Shown: positions 28,430-39,586 of the stretch, piece after piece
Layout of the letters: every line of letters starts with the position of its first letter
Numbering within the stretch: position 1 is the stretch's first letter
Source: Octopus vulgaris
Taxonomy: Eukaryota
Length of the DNA stretch: 64,000 nt
NCBI GenBank assembly: GCA_951406725.2
Contig: OX597815.1
Location: 45,012,001 to 45,076,000 of the forward strand
Direction of reading: 5' to 3'
Translations under genes and position numbers: made by a program
The notes under the pieces: generated by a model
The model's input: only the letters and a program-made list of their open reading frames with translations
What the model was told of the DNA's origin: nothing
The model's database searches: none

Positions 28430-28950
28430 CGTAAGGTACAAAGTATGGTGGGTGATTACACGTGATTGCATATATACGGATCGACAGGAATGTCGATCAG
28501 ACAGAGATGTACGGCTCACAGACAACAGTTGTCCTCCCCACAATATCGCCAGATATATCTCAGTGAACATATTGACAGATGTGCAGAACAACTGCAACCA
28601 CAATTCCTAATCTTCCCAATATATCAATTTGCTATTTGGATCTCAACTAAATAAAGTACGACTAAATAAAGAGGCCTTATTTATCGAAAAATATAAGCCG
28701 GAATTAAATATAAACCCATATTGAAAATTAAAGATTTACCCCAACTATTGTAAGAATAAAATGTAGACCAATATATAAATTACAGATTTACACCCCACTA
28801 TACTGTAGATACCTTGGATACCAATTATTCCCCCGGACAAACAAAACGTCTAATTCAGAAATTCATCCAAAATTCATAATTTGAAAAGCGATAACGAAAC
28901 CGGTTATGTTGGAATAAAAAAAAATTCACAATATTGTATAGTACTTTTCT
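28430..28950 (+). pseudogene. Penelope-like 3' end with GIY-YIG endonuclease remnant (stop at 28724) and 3' tail
   Basis: YGSTGMSIRQRCTAHRQQ..LSEHIDRC..F.IFPIYQ..RLNKEALFIEKYKPELN, followed by the HHR-like relic TTGAAAA..GAAACCGGTT at ~28881-28906. Confidence 0.75.
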
Positions 28951-29022
28951 ATTATGAGTAGTCTAATATATTCTTTAGTCTTTTAAAACAAATCTTTTGT
29001 TTTTCATCATAATTCTTTCCGG

Positions 29023-29130
<108 letters not shown>

Positions 29131-29189
29131 ATACATACATACATACATACATACATACATACATACATAGACATATATATATGTGTATA

Positions 29190-29394
29190 TATACAATTAA
29201 GGGCTCCTAAATAAAGATGCCGAGTGCTGGGAACACAAAAGGGGATGAATTTATCGAGAGTGAAAATCAAAAACGTTTACCGAAGTTAAAGTTAAAGTTA
29301 TCGGTAAACGTTTTTGATTTTCACTCTCGATAAATTCATCCCCTTTTGTGTTCCCAGCACTCGGCATCTTTATTTAGGAGCCCTTAATTGTATA
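29190..29394. repeat. Perfect 94-bp inverted repeat with 17-nt spacer
   Basis: 29190-29283 is the exact reverse complement of 29301-29394. The spacer is agttaaagttaaagtta. Confidence 0.95.
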
Positions 29395-29525
29395 ACTACA
29401 TGAATAATATTTTTCTATATGAATAATATTTTTGTCTTATGACTAATTCGTCTTTTGTGCTGGGCACCTGGTAGTAAATAATATTACTACCCTTCTTGTT
29501 TATATGTGTATATATATATATATAC

Positions 29526-29716
29526 TTCCGCCGTAACTGCTAACGGTCTTTCTCCCCCGCCTTTTAAGGCTACTGGACGGCTTTTCCTGCTCTCTCGTCG
29601 TTCACAAAAAATTCAGCGTTTGCAATACTTTTTTCGTTCGGCGTCAACAGCCCTTCTTATCTTGTTCTCCCTGTCCTGTCTTTTACTGTTATATATATTT
29701 TTTTTTACTGTTTATA

Positions 29717-29747
<31 letters not shown>

Positions 29748-30122
29748 TTACTGTCTATATTTTTGTACTGTCGTTACTGTCTCGTTTTTTTACCATTTTT
29801 TACCCCTCTGCGAAAAGATCTCAGAATTTTAATTGATTTGCTTTTCGCAGGAAGGAAAGTTTCTTGTCGAAGATACGTCTCGCTTTTATCCTTCGAAACG
29901 TAGAGTAGATGAAACCTTAGCGACTGAAGAAGGGGTTTTTTCGTTGTTTTGTTGTTTTTAAAAAAATGTCCTGTTCCTTTGGTTTGTGTCTATGTTTTCG
30001 TTTCTCTATGTGTTCGACGTCCCTTTGGTGTCCTGTACTCATATATGCGTGTATATGTACATGTAGAGGTAGGTACGTACATATATGTTTATATATACGC
30101 ATATGTTTTATTTCTTTTATTA
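29526..30122 (+). mobile_element. Repeat family B inserted in (TA)n; second partial copy at 35047-35270
   Basis: Shared 3' part gtagatgaaac.ttagcgactgaagaagggg...gaggtaggtacgtac, and hairpin ctgcgaaaag/cttttcgcag. Confidence 0.7.
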
Positions 30123-30265
30123 ATATATATATATATATATATATCACAATCAAGGAACGGCCATAATAGGCCATTCACCCACTAGAAATAACAGCCAAAG
30201 CTTTAACCGCAAAATAACATTAATTCCGTAAACCAGGAGAAAATTAAAAAAACATTTACCCTGTA

Positions 30266-30372
30266 ATTTCTTATACGATGCACCGTTTCATCTACTGTTT
30301 AATGGTAAACTAACCTGATTAAATTAAATCAAGCCAATCTTCCATAGGCCCTTAGATTCCTCAGTAAGAAAT
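30266..30372 (-). ncRNA. Type I hammerhead ribozyme (array, minus copy 1)
   Basis: Reverse complement of 31308-31414. Confidence 0.88.
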
Positions 30373-30755
30373 AGCCAGAACGGAACAGATATTTTCACGA
30401 GGCATTTCCGTCCCTGCCTCGGCAATATCTGACCTAAAATTTTCAAATCATCGCACTCGCGCCAAATTTATCGGCAGCAAATAAATATAAGCCGCCGATT
30501 CCATTACGGAATCAACCATAAAATTCATAATTAATCAATATAGGGTGGCAAAAACAATTTTGTATAATTTTTTTGTCACCAGCGGCCTAGTGGGAAAAAA
30601 TTAAATAGTCATAGACCATTTATAAGTTCAACATCACAATCAAGGAACGGCCATAATAGGCCATTCACCCACTAGAAATAACAGCCAAAGCTTTAACCGC
30701 AAAATAACATTAATTCCGTAAACCAGGAGAAAATTAAAAAAACATTTACCCTGTA

Positions 30756-30862
30756 ATTTCTTATACGATGCACCGTTTCATCTACTGTTTAATGGTAAAC
30801 TAACCTGATTAAATTAAATCAAGCCAATCTTCCATAGGCCCTTAGATTCCTCAGTAAGAAAT
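30756..30862 (-). ncRNA. Type I hammerhead ribozyme (array, minus copy 2)
   Basis: Reverse complement of 31308-31414. Confidence 0.88.
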
Positions 30863-31307
30863 AGCCAGAACGGAACAGAGTTTACCATTAAACAGTAGAT
30901 GAAACGGTGCATCGTATAAGAAATTACAGGGTAAATGTTTTTTTAATTTTCTCCTGGTTTACGGAATTAATGTTATTTTGCGGTTAAAGCTTTGGCTGTT
31001 ATTTCTAGTGGGTGAATGGCCTATTATGGCCGTTCCTTGATTGTGATGTTGAACTTATAAATGGTCTATGACTATTTAATTCTTTCCCACTAGGCCGCTG
31101 GTGACAAAAAAATTATACAAAATTTTTTTTGCCACCCTATATTGATTAATTATGAATTTTCTGGTTGATTCCGTAATGGAATCGGCGGCTTATATTTATT
31201 TGCTGCCGATAAATTTGGCGCGAGTGCGATGATTTGAAAATTTTAGGTCAGATATTGCCGAGGCAGGGACGGAAATGCCTCGTGAAAATATCTGTTCCGT
31301 TCTGGCT

Positions 31308-31414
31308 ATTTCTTACTGAGGAATCTAAGGGCCTATGGAAGATTGGCTTGATTTAATTTAATCAGGTTAGTTTACCATTAAACAGTAGATGAAACGGTGC
31401 ATCGTATAAGAAAT
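31308..31414 (+). ncRNA. Type I hammerhead ribozyme, predicted cleavage after GUA (A31406)
   Basis: Stem I ATTTCTTA/TAAGAAAT, core CTGAGGA, stem II ATCTA/TAGAT with a long extension, GAAA, stem III ACGG-tgca-TCGT, H17=A. Confidence 0.9.
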
Positions 31415-31798
31415 TACAGGGTAAATGTTCTTTTAATTTTCTCCTGGTTTACGGAATTAATGTTATTTTGCGGTTAAAGCTTTGGCTGTTATTTCTAGTG
31501 GGTGAATGGCCTATTATGGCCGTTCCTTGATTGTTGATGTTGAACTTATAAATGGTCTATGACTATTTAATTTTTTCCCACTAGGCCGCTGGTGACAAAA
31601 AAAATTATACAAAATTTTTTTGCCACCCTATATTGATTAATTATGAATTTTCTGGTTGATTCCGTAATGGAATCGGCGGCTTATATTTATTTGCTGCTGA
31701 TAAATTTGGCGCGAGTGCGATGATTTGAAAATTTTAGGTCAGATATTGCCGAGGCAGGGACGGAAATGCCTCGTGAAAATATCTGTTCCGTTCTGGCT

Positions 31799-31905
31799 AT
31801 TTCTTACTGAGGAATCTAAGGGCCTATGGAAGATTGGCTTGATTTAATTTAATCAGGTTAGTTTACCATTAAACAGTAGATGAAACGGTGCATCGTATAA
31901 GAAAT
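31799..31905 (+). ncRNA. Type I hammerhead ribozyme, cleavage after 31897
   Basis: Same motif as 31308-31414. Confidence 0.9.
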
Positions 31906-32288
31906 TACAGGGTAAATGTTTTTTTAATTTTCTCCTGGTTTACGGAATTAATGTTATTTTGCGGTTAAAGCTTTGGCTGTTATTTCTAGTGGGTGAATGG
32001 CCTATTATGGCCGTTCCTTGATTGTGATGTTGAACTTATAAATGGTCTATGACTATTTAATTTTTTCCCACTAGGCCGCTGGTGACAAAAAAAATTATAC
32101 AAAATTTTTTTGCCACCCTATATTGATTAATTATGAATTTTCTGGTTGATTCCGTAATGGAATCGGCGGCTTATATTTATTTGCTGCCGATAAATTTGGC
32201 GCGAGTGCGATGATTTGAAAATTTTAGGTCAGATATTGCCGAGGCAGGGACGGAAATGCCTCGTGAAAATATCTGTTCCGTTCTGGCT

Positions 32289-32395
32289 ATTTCTTACTGA
32301 GGAATCTAAGGGCCTATGGAAGATTGGCTTGATTTAATTTAATCAGGTTAGTTTACCATTAAACAGTAGATGAAACGGTGCATCGTATAAGAAAT
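32289..32395 (+). ncRNA. Type I hammerhead ribozyme, cleavage after 32387
   Basis: Same motif as 31308-31414. Confidence 0.9.
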
Positions 32396-32778
32396 TACAG
32401 GGTAAATGTTTTTTTAATTTTCTCCTGGTTTACGGAATTAATGTTATTTTGCGGTTAAAGCTTTGGCTGTTATTTCTAGTGGGTGAATGGCCTATTATGG
32501 CCGTTCCTTGATTGTGATGTTGAACTTATAAATGGTCTATGACTATTTAATTTTTTCCCACTAGGCCGCTGGTGACAAAAAAAATTATACAAAATTTTTT
32601 TGCCACCCTATATTGATTAATTATGAATTTTATGGTTGATTCCGTAATGGAATCGGCGGCTTATATTTATTTGCTGCCGATAAATTTGGCGCGAGTGCGA
32701 TGATTTGAAAATTTTAGGTCAGATATTGCCGAGGCAGGGACGGAAATGCCTCGTGAAAATATCTGTTCCGTTCTGGCT

Positions 32779-32885
32779 ATTTCTTACTGAGGAATCTAAG
32801 GGCCTATGGAAGATTGGCTTGATTTAATTTAATCAGGTTAGTTTACCATTAAACAGTAGATGAAACGGTGCATCGTATAAGAAAT
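32779..32885 (+). ncRNA. Type I hammerhead ribozyme, cleavage after 32877
   Basis: Same motif as 31308-31414. Confidence 0.9.
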
Positions 32886-33129
32886 TACAGGGTAAATGTT
32901 TTTTTAATTTTCTCCTGGTTTACGGAATTAATGTTATTTTGCGGTTAAAGCTTTGGCTGTTATTTCTAGTGGGTGAATGGCCTATTATGGCCGTTCCTTG
33001 ATTGTGATGTTGAACTTATAAATGGTCTATGACTATTTAATTTTTTCCCACTAGGCCGCTGGTGACAAAAAAATTATACAAAATTTTTTTTGCCACCCTA
33101 TATTGATTAATTATATATATATATATATA

Positions 33130-33750
33130 TAACAATTAAGGATAAAATCTTAATAAGGAATCTTAACAAGAAATTATCAGGTAGTTAGCGTGAAAACCTC
33201 ATAAGAGAAAAAATCCGAAAATAATTTTTTCACTTGAAAATATTTATTTATATTCTATAGAGGGCATTATTATACATAAATGCCACACGCTAAGAGGGAC
33301 ATAAGTCATTACTACCAAAATTTAACTAATCATACCGAATGCAGCTCTCGAAGCAAGACATTTAAAAAACTGAATTTAGTTCTATATCACCTGTGATTTC
33401 GCAATTAACGTATTAAATACGTCTTTTGTTCATCAGTAGAACAGATTCTGAACACATCATAAATAAACATAACCAACATACCTAGCGAAGCCAAACAGAC
33501 ATCTGCTCCCCTCGGCGAAGCACATGGAAATGTTTATTCATCATATATTCGGTAAATGGTGGGCTTTTTCGAACTGCATGTCGGTAGAAAAAGTTTTTCT
33601 TCGGAATAAATTTAACAATTAAGGATAAAATATTAATAAGGAATCTTAACAAGAAATTATCAGGTATGATTAGTTAAATTTTGGTAGTAATGACTTATGT
33701 CCCGCTTAGCGTGTGGCATTTATGTATAATAATGCCCTCTATACAATCTA
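33130..33750 (-). mobile_element. Second retrozyme-like family, 483-bp period, 1.1 units on - plus an inverted ~85-bp arm
   Basis: 33130-33183 repeats at 33613-33666, and 33663-33750 is the inverse of ~33250-33336. Flanked by (TA)n. Confidence 0.8.
33379..33442 (-). ncRNA. Type I hammerhead ribozyme (family 2; A10.1-C11.1 mismatch)
   Basis: GTTCTA-CTGATGA-ACAA aa GACGTAT tta ATACGTT aa TTGC-GAAA-TCAC ag GTGA-TA-TAGAAC. Confidence 0.85.
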
Positions 33751-33904
33751 TCTATATATATATATATATATATATATATAACTTACTTGGAGGAATGTAT
33801 GTATGTATATATATGTATATGTATCTGCATGTATGTATGTATGTATATGTGTGTGTGTGTGTCTGTTTGTCTGTCTGTCTGTGTGTGATTATATTCCCTG
33901 GTAC

Positions 33905-34100
33905 CCATCATCGTTTAACGTCCGCCCTCCATCCTGGCATGAGTGGGACGGTTTGGGAGGAGCCGTCCAGGCAGAAGTCTGTACTAGACTTCTGTAACAG
34001 TTTTGGCAGGATTTTTACAGTTGCATGCCCTTCCGAACACCAACCACTTTACAGTGTGGACTGGGTGCTTTTAAGTGGTACCTGCATTGACAGAGTCCCC
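33905..34100 (-). mobile_element. SINE or LINE-tail repeat ending ggacgttaaacgatgatg
   Basis: The minus-strand 3' end resembles RTE-type tails with a (GAT)n terminus. Confidence 0.45.
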
Positions 34101-34237
34101 AAGTACTTACAAGACAAAAGAAATTTCGAGAGGAGAGGCAGCATTGGAGAAGGTGATCTTGTGTCGGAGAAGGTTATTGTGAGAGAGACAGAAACAGGTG
34201 TCTTGCTGTAGAAGAGGTACAAGGTTATCCGGCCGGG

Positions 34238-34272
<35 letters not shown>

Positions 34273-34834
34273 AAGACAGAAACGGGTGCGCTGCCACAAA
34301 GGAAATACCTGAGGGAAATGCAGAAGGAGAGCGAGAGTGGACGACAGCAGGATAGAGATGGTGGCAAAATGCTGGGCAAACTCAGAAGAGACGGTGATCA
34401 GAATGTAAATGGGATGGTTGAGTAAAGGAAGAAAGAAATGTAGATGATGGCAAGTGCCAGAGCATACCCTTGAGGTTCGAATGCAATAATATAAGTGGCA
34501 GGATATTGCGAAGGAAGCGTAACTGAAGAGTGCGGAGAGGGATAGTGAGTGGCGAAAACCTGGGTATATATAGAGTCGGGTCGGGGTTACCGGATAGCAA
34601 TGATACAGAGGAACAGGGCTGAGAGGACAGGATCGGGGAGCTAGGCATAGTGTATGAAAGATGAAATGTGAGGAAGAGAAGAGACGTAGATTGGTTTGTT
34701 GGATGTGTGTGTATGTGTATAGTTAATTTTTAAAAAACAACGAAGAAAAAAGACAGCAAAAAAAAAACAACAACACGAGGACGTTGTACATGCAAAGTTT
34801 TAATGAGACGCTCCGAGAAGGAAAGAAAGGGTAG

Positions 34835-34873
34835 GTGTTTTACGTTTCAAGCAGTACTCTTCTTCAGAAACAC
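34835..34873 (-). ncRNA. Minimal PLE-type hammerhead within repeat family C (~34725-34960)
   Basis: GTGTTT-CTGAAGA-a-GAGT act GCTT-GAAA-CG-TA-AAACAC. Homologues at 42076-42102, 45062-45096 and 46421-46455. Confidence 0.65.
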
Positions 34874-34998
34874 GAGACATAGGAAAGTTCAAAAGAAAAG
34901 AAAGGAGGTAAAGAATCACCAATAGTCTATGTGAAGTTACATTTATGAAATGACTGGAATTAGATAGACAAAGAGAAAGTACTTTCTGGAACAGAAGA

Positions 34999-35050
<52 letters not shown>

Positions 35051-35267
35051 GTTTAGTAGATGAAACTTTAGCGACTGAAGAAGGGGATTTTTCGTTGTGC
35101 TTATTGTCCTGTATCTCTCCTTTTTTTTTTGCCTGTCTTGTTCCTTGGTTTTTCGTCTCTCTATGTGTTCGACGTCTTTTTGGTGTCCTGTACACATATA
35201 TGCGTGTATATGTACATGTAGAGGTAGGTACGTACATATATGTTTATATATATGCATATATTTTATT

Positions 35268-35336
<69 letters not shown>

Positions 35337-35361
35337 ATATGTATGTATGTATGTATGTATA

Positions 35362-35664
35362 TCTATACATATAAAGCTGAAGTTGTCTCTGTTAAGACCA
35401 AAAATTATTTACATCAAAAAGGTGCTTTTTTTCGATAAAAATCCCTACTTTTTACGATTTTTTGACTGCTGTATCGCCATTTTTCGGTGTATTTCAACCA
35501 GAAAAATGTTCGCTTAAAGAGAATAACAAGCTACATAATGCCAAAGTTTTGCTTTTCAAAAAAGATTGAAACTATGTCAAAACTTTGTTAATGCGACATC
35601 AAAGTCTGCCGTTTTAAACGCAACTAAAAATCAAAACCCGAGCAACGCCGGGCTATACTGCTAG
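35362..35664 (+). mobile_element. Non-autonomous Helitron
   Basis: A|TCTATACATATAAAG start, 3' hairpin cccgagcaacgccggg and CTAG|T end. Confidence 0.75.
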
Positions 35665-36449
35665 TATTTATATATAGTTCACTGTTCCATTATGGTAGGA
35701 TCAACAAAATTGTACTGCATCCAGTGAGAGATAAATATCATTTAATGTACGCAGTATTTAAAATACGAGCTGCTAATAGTTTCTTGCCATAGAGACTCTG
35801 AGATTAGGTAGATTTATATTATATGCCTTGAGTCTTTAGTTGTATTTGAAAACTAGGATTCTAGTACATGAGAAAACACAAGAACAAATGAGAAGATTGA
35901 TGTAAACAATGGAATGAGAAGACAAAGGGTGAAGAAAAATGGGGAAAACAAGGAAAGAAAAGAAGGGAAGTTTAGTGTTGCGTCCCCTTTGACCACAAAA
36001 CTCATAAGCAATCTAGCTAGTGTAGAATAATTCAACGGTGAGGAGTTCAAGAATCTGTCAAACAGCTGCTCAATCTGGAGAGGTGATTACCTCCAGTTCG
36101 ACAAAAGGGATTTGTCCTTGTACTTGCATTTGCTGAAAAATTCGGATCTGGAATTAAGTAGTGTGGTGGAATTCTTGGACTTAAAGGAGAATGTGCAATA
36201 TTTCAGCTACGCATAGCTTACTTATGATTTCTACGGTCAAAGGGGACGTAACTCTTAACTTTCTTTCTTTCCTTTCTTTTTTCGTTTTTACTCGCCCTCT
36301 GTCTCCCCATTCCACTTTTTGCATCAACCTTCTAGTTGTTTCTCGTAGTTTCTTATGAGTCAGCGTCCTGGTTTTCAAATAGAGTTAATCATGTGCATTG
36401 AGCCAGGAGATTGCTTAGAGACACAAGATACGTTATATAATTCTGCTTT

Positions 36450-36745
36450 ATAACATTGTCAATGCGGAAAGACATTATTATCAGCTCTTATTTTAAATAC
36501 AAAAGAGCGAAAATTATAAATGCACACAGGTATTTAATATCTTGCCAAAATTCGTGATAGATCTATATGGAGTAGTGGTAGATGTTTTCAAGAAACAAAT
36601 TGACGCGCTGCTGTCCAGAGTTGAAGTTGAATCTACATCATGCCAAGAAATTCAAAAGAGGGCAGCAATATCGAACTCCTTCCTTCACCAAAAGTCAATC
36701 AGAAAAGCATGGCCATTCAAAAGGTGATAATACTGGCGGTGCCCT
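36450..36745 (+). pseudogene. LINE (CR1/L2/Jockey-like) 3' ORF remnant
   Basis: VFKKQIDALLSRV...RAAISNSFLHQ resembles LINE ORF2 C-termini. Short and degenerate. Confidence 0.45.
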
Positions 36746-37623
36746 GGGCTGTCATGCATAAAAGAATAAACATATGTGTTAAGCGCGCGCGTGTGTGCAT
36801 GAATTGTATGCACGTTTGTATATGTATATATATGAATGTATGTAAATACGTGTGTATATATATGTGTGTTTGTGTGTGTGTGTGTATACATATATCTTTA
36901 TAAACTCATATATACGTGTATACATATTTGTATGCGGTGCGTCTGCCTGCGCAGGCACTCACAGGCACTCCCGCCCGTACACACATGCATAAATAATGAA
37001 TACATATATACGAGTATATACGTGCACAGACACACACACATACACATACACACATACATACATACATACATACATACATACATACATACACACACATACA
37101 TACATACATACACACACATACATACATACATACATACATACATACATACATACATACATACATACATACATACATACATACATACATGCAAAGTCTGAAT
37201 ATAGACAAAAGTTAAGAGAAGAAAGACATTGAAAGACAAGGAATACACAAAAATAAAAAATAAAAGGTTTATGTGCATTGACATTTCATCAAAACACAAC
37301 ATTGATTGCAAGACAAAGATCTGAAGGTTTATTGCTTGGAGCCATTCATCATACAAAGTGATATGAAGAAGGCATCAAAAGCCCTTTGATATCTTTTTCT
37401 CAAAACTTTTCAAAGACTTCCGTTATAAACGGTTGAATCACTGTTGTTGTTACTTGGCCTTTTTCTTTCTTACCTTTTTCGATCAAAGACCATAATAGTC
37501 CATTAGGCTGTTGAGAGAGCATAACGAGGTCATAACTTCATAGTTTAGATTTAGTTTCGCATTGAATGAGGAATGACTATTCATATTCACATATGTGTGT
37601 GTGTGTATGTGTGTGTGTGTATA

Positions 37624-38031
37624 GGCGCAGGAGTGGCTGTGTGGTAAGTAGCTTGCTTACCAACCACATGGGTCCGGGTTCAGTCCCACTGCGTGGCACC
37701 TTGGGCAAGTGTCTTTTACTATAGCCTCGGGCTGACCAAAGTCTTGTGAGTGGATTTGCTAGACGGAAACTGAAAGAAGCTTGTCGTATATATGTATATG
37801 TATATATGTGTGTGTGTATGCTTGTATGTCTTTGTTTATGTCCCCAACATCGCTTGACAACGGATTCTGGTGTGTTTACGTCCCCGTAACCTAGCGGCTC
37901 GGCAAAAGACCCCGATAGAATAAGTACTAGGCTTACAAAGAATAAGACCTGGGCTCGATTTGCTCGGCTAAAGGCGGTGTTCCAGCATGGCCGCAGTCAA
38001 ATGACTGAAACAAGTAAAAGAGTAAAAGAGA
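37624..38031 (+). mobile_element. tRNA-derived SINE family 1, full-length reference copy
   Basis: A-box/B-box-like head (gtggctgtgtggtaag; gggttcagtccc), central (TG)n and tail gtaaaagagtaaaagag. Many partial copies, e.g. 18596-18782, 19100-19352, 23062-23215, 23740-23930, 26424-26545, 40260-40565, 42960-43180, 44886-45480, 51520-51700. Confidence 0.9.
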
Positions 38032-38154
38032 GTGTGTATGTATGTATGTATGTATGTATGTATGTATGTATGTATGTATGTATGTATGTATGTACGTACG
38101 TACGTACGTACGTATGTATGTATGTATGTATGTATGTATGTATGTATGTATACA

Positions 38155-39080
38155 TTAGCTATCAGCCTTAAGAAGACCAACATCATGGGTCAGGCTACAT
38201 CGGACATCCCAAACATACATATTGGAGACCACAGATTACAAGAGGTGGAGAAGTTTACCTATCTGGGCTCTACTGTCACCTACAACCTATCCCTTGACGC
38301 TGAGCTCAATATACGCATTGGCAAGGCAGCTGCTGCGATGGCCCAAATCTCCAAACGGGCTTGGGACAACTATAAGCTGACCAAGACCACGAAAATGAAG
38401 ATCTACCAAGCATGTGTACTTAGCACTCTACTGTATGGAAGTGAGACTTGGACGCTATACACACGCCAAGAACGTCGCCTAAACATCTTTCACCTGCGCT
38501 GCTTCCGGAAAATCCTCCGCATCAAATGGCAGAATCATATCCCCAACAAAGATGTCCTCAAGCAAGCAGGAATACCAAGCATGTTTGCACTCCTCACACA
38601 AAGACGTATGAGATGGCTTGAGCATGTTAGCCGTATGAAAGATGGCAGAATCCCCAAGGACATACTCTACGGAGAGCTTGCTAGGGGTACTAGGTCTGTG
38701 GGTAGACCGTTCTTACGTTACAAAGATGTTTGCAAAAGGGACATGAAGGCCTGCAACATCAATATTAGCGGTTGGGAGGCAGTTGCCGGCAACCGTAGAG
38801 ATTTGCGACGTACCGTAAAAGAGGGAATACAAAGGAGTGACAGAGAGAGAGAGGAGAAATGGAAAGACAAGAAAAGACGTCAACAAGAAACTATGGCCTT
38901 ACAACCAGCCAAGAACAGTCTTCGCTACATTTGCGGTACCTGCCAGAGGGAGTGTTTGTCCAGGATAGGACTACACAGCCACAGCAGGAAATGTATCAGG
39001 ACATGAAATGTAAAAGCCGGACTAGACTACTTTACGCGCAACTCCATTGTCTCCCGAGACAAAAAGGATGCCAACAACAA
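38155..39080 (+). mobile_element. RTE-clade LINE 3' portion, 5'-truncated, ORF open to the stop at 39006
   Basis: ISLKKTNIM, FTYLGS, LLYGSETW, RMRWLEHVSRMKDGRIPKDILYGEL, CGTCQRECLSRIGLHSHSRKC and a (CAA)n tail. A second degenerate RTE tail follows at 39080-39320. Confidence 0.92.
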
Positions 39081-39586
39081 TGTATGTATAAATTGGTTGA
39101 AAACCGCGCAAAGTGGAGAAATATTGTTAGAAAAATAAACGTCACGTCTGTGAGCCAAAGTGAGTGGAGTACGCTGCTCTGAGGTGATCACTCTGTGAGC
39201 AAGATTCAAGTGCAATGCCTGCAGAAATCCAAACGGAATTGAAGCGTAATGTAAGCGAAAGATTTCTTATCTCGAGGGCTGGATTAGTCAACCACCTTAA
39301 TGCACACGAACCAAGGAGAAATGAAGCAGCACTTAAGGCATGGGCACACCGGAGCCCTATTCTGAACTACGTACGCTGTGGATTACTGGGGATTACTGGG
39401 GATTACTGTCAATAAATTGATATTATAGAGCCCAGTGCAATGATTTGCCCGCGAGCCTATAATACTGCTAAAAGGGCCCTGTCTACCGTCACGTTCTCTG
39501 CGGCATATTCTGCTTGCAGAATAGAAGGTGGGTTGAAGAACAACTTCTGCGCACATAGCTGAGTTCAATTAAAAGATGGTACTATA

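Larger units (their letters stand above)
30143..33114. mobile_element. Retrozyme-like tandem array, 490-bp unit: 1.5 units on - (30143-30879) joined head-to-head to ~4.6 units on + (30879-33114)
   Basis: Period 490/491 bp (30143 to 30633; 31308 to 31799 to 32289 to 32779). Units are nearly identical, each has one HHR, and (TA)n flanks both sides. Confidence 0.9.

Noticed and set aside
30143-33114. CRISPR array, rDNA/5S cluster or coding repeat interpretation of the tandem array
   Set aside because: No unique spacers, no rRNA or tRNA similarity that I recognise, and no ORF. The HHR explains the unit.
37624-37700. tRNA genes at SINE heads (also 47752, 53252, 55645)
   Set aside because: A/B-box-like motifs are present but there is no complete cloverleaf, and they continue into SINE bodies.
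38032-39006. 324-aa ORF as a host gene
   Set aside because: The N-terminus is (TATG)n and the rest is a 5'-truncated RTE ORF lacking the catalytic RT core.
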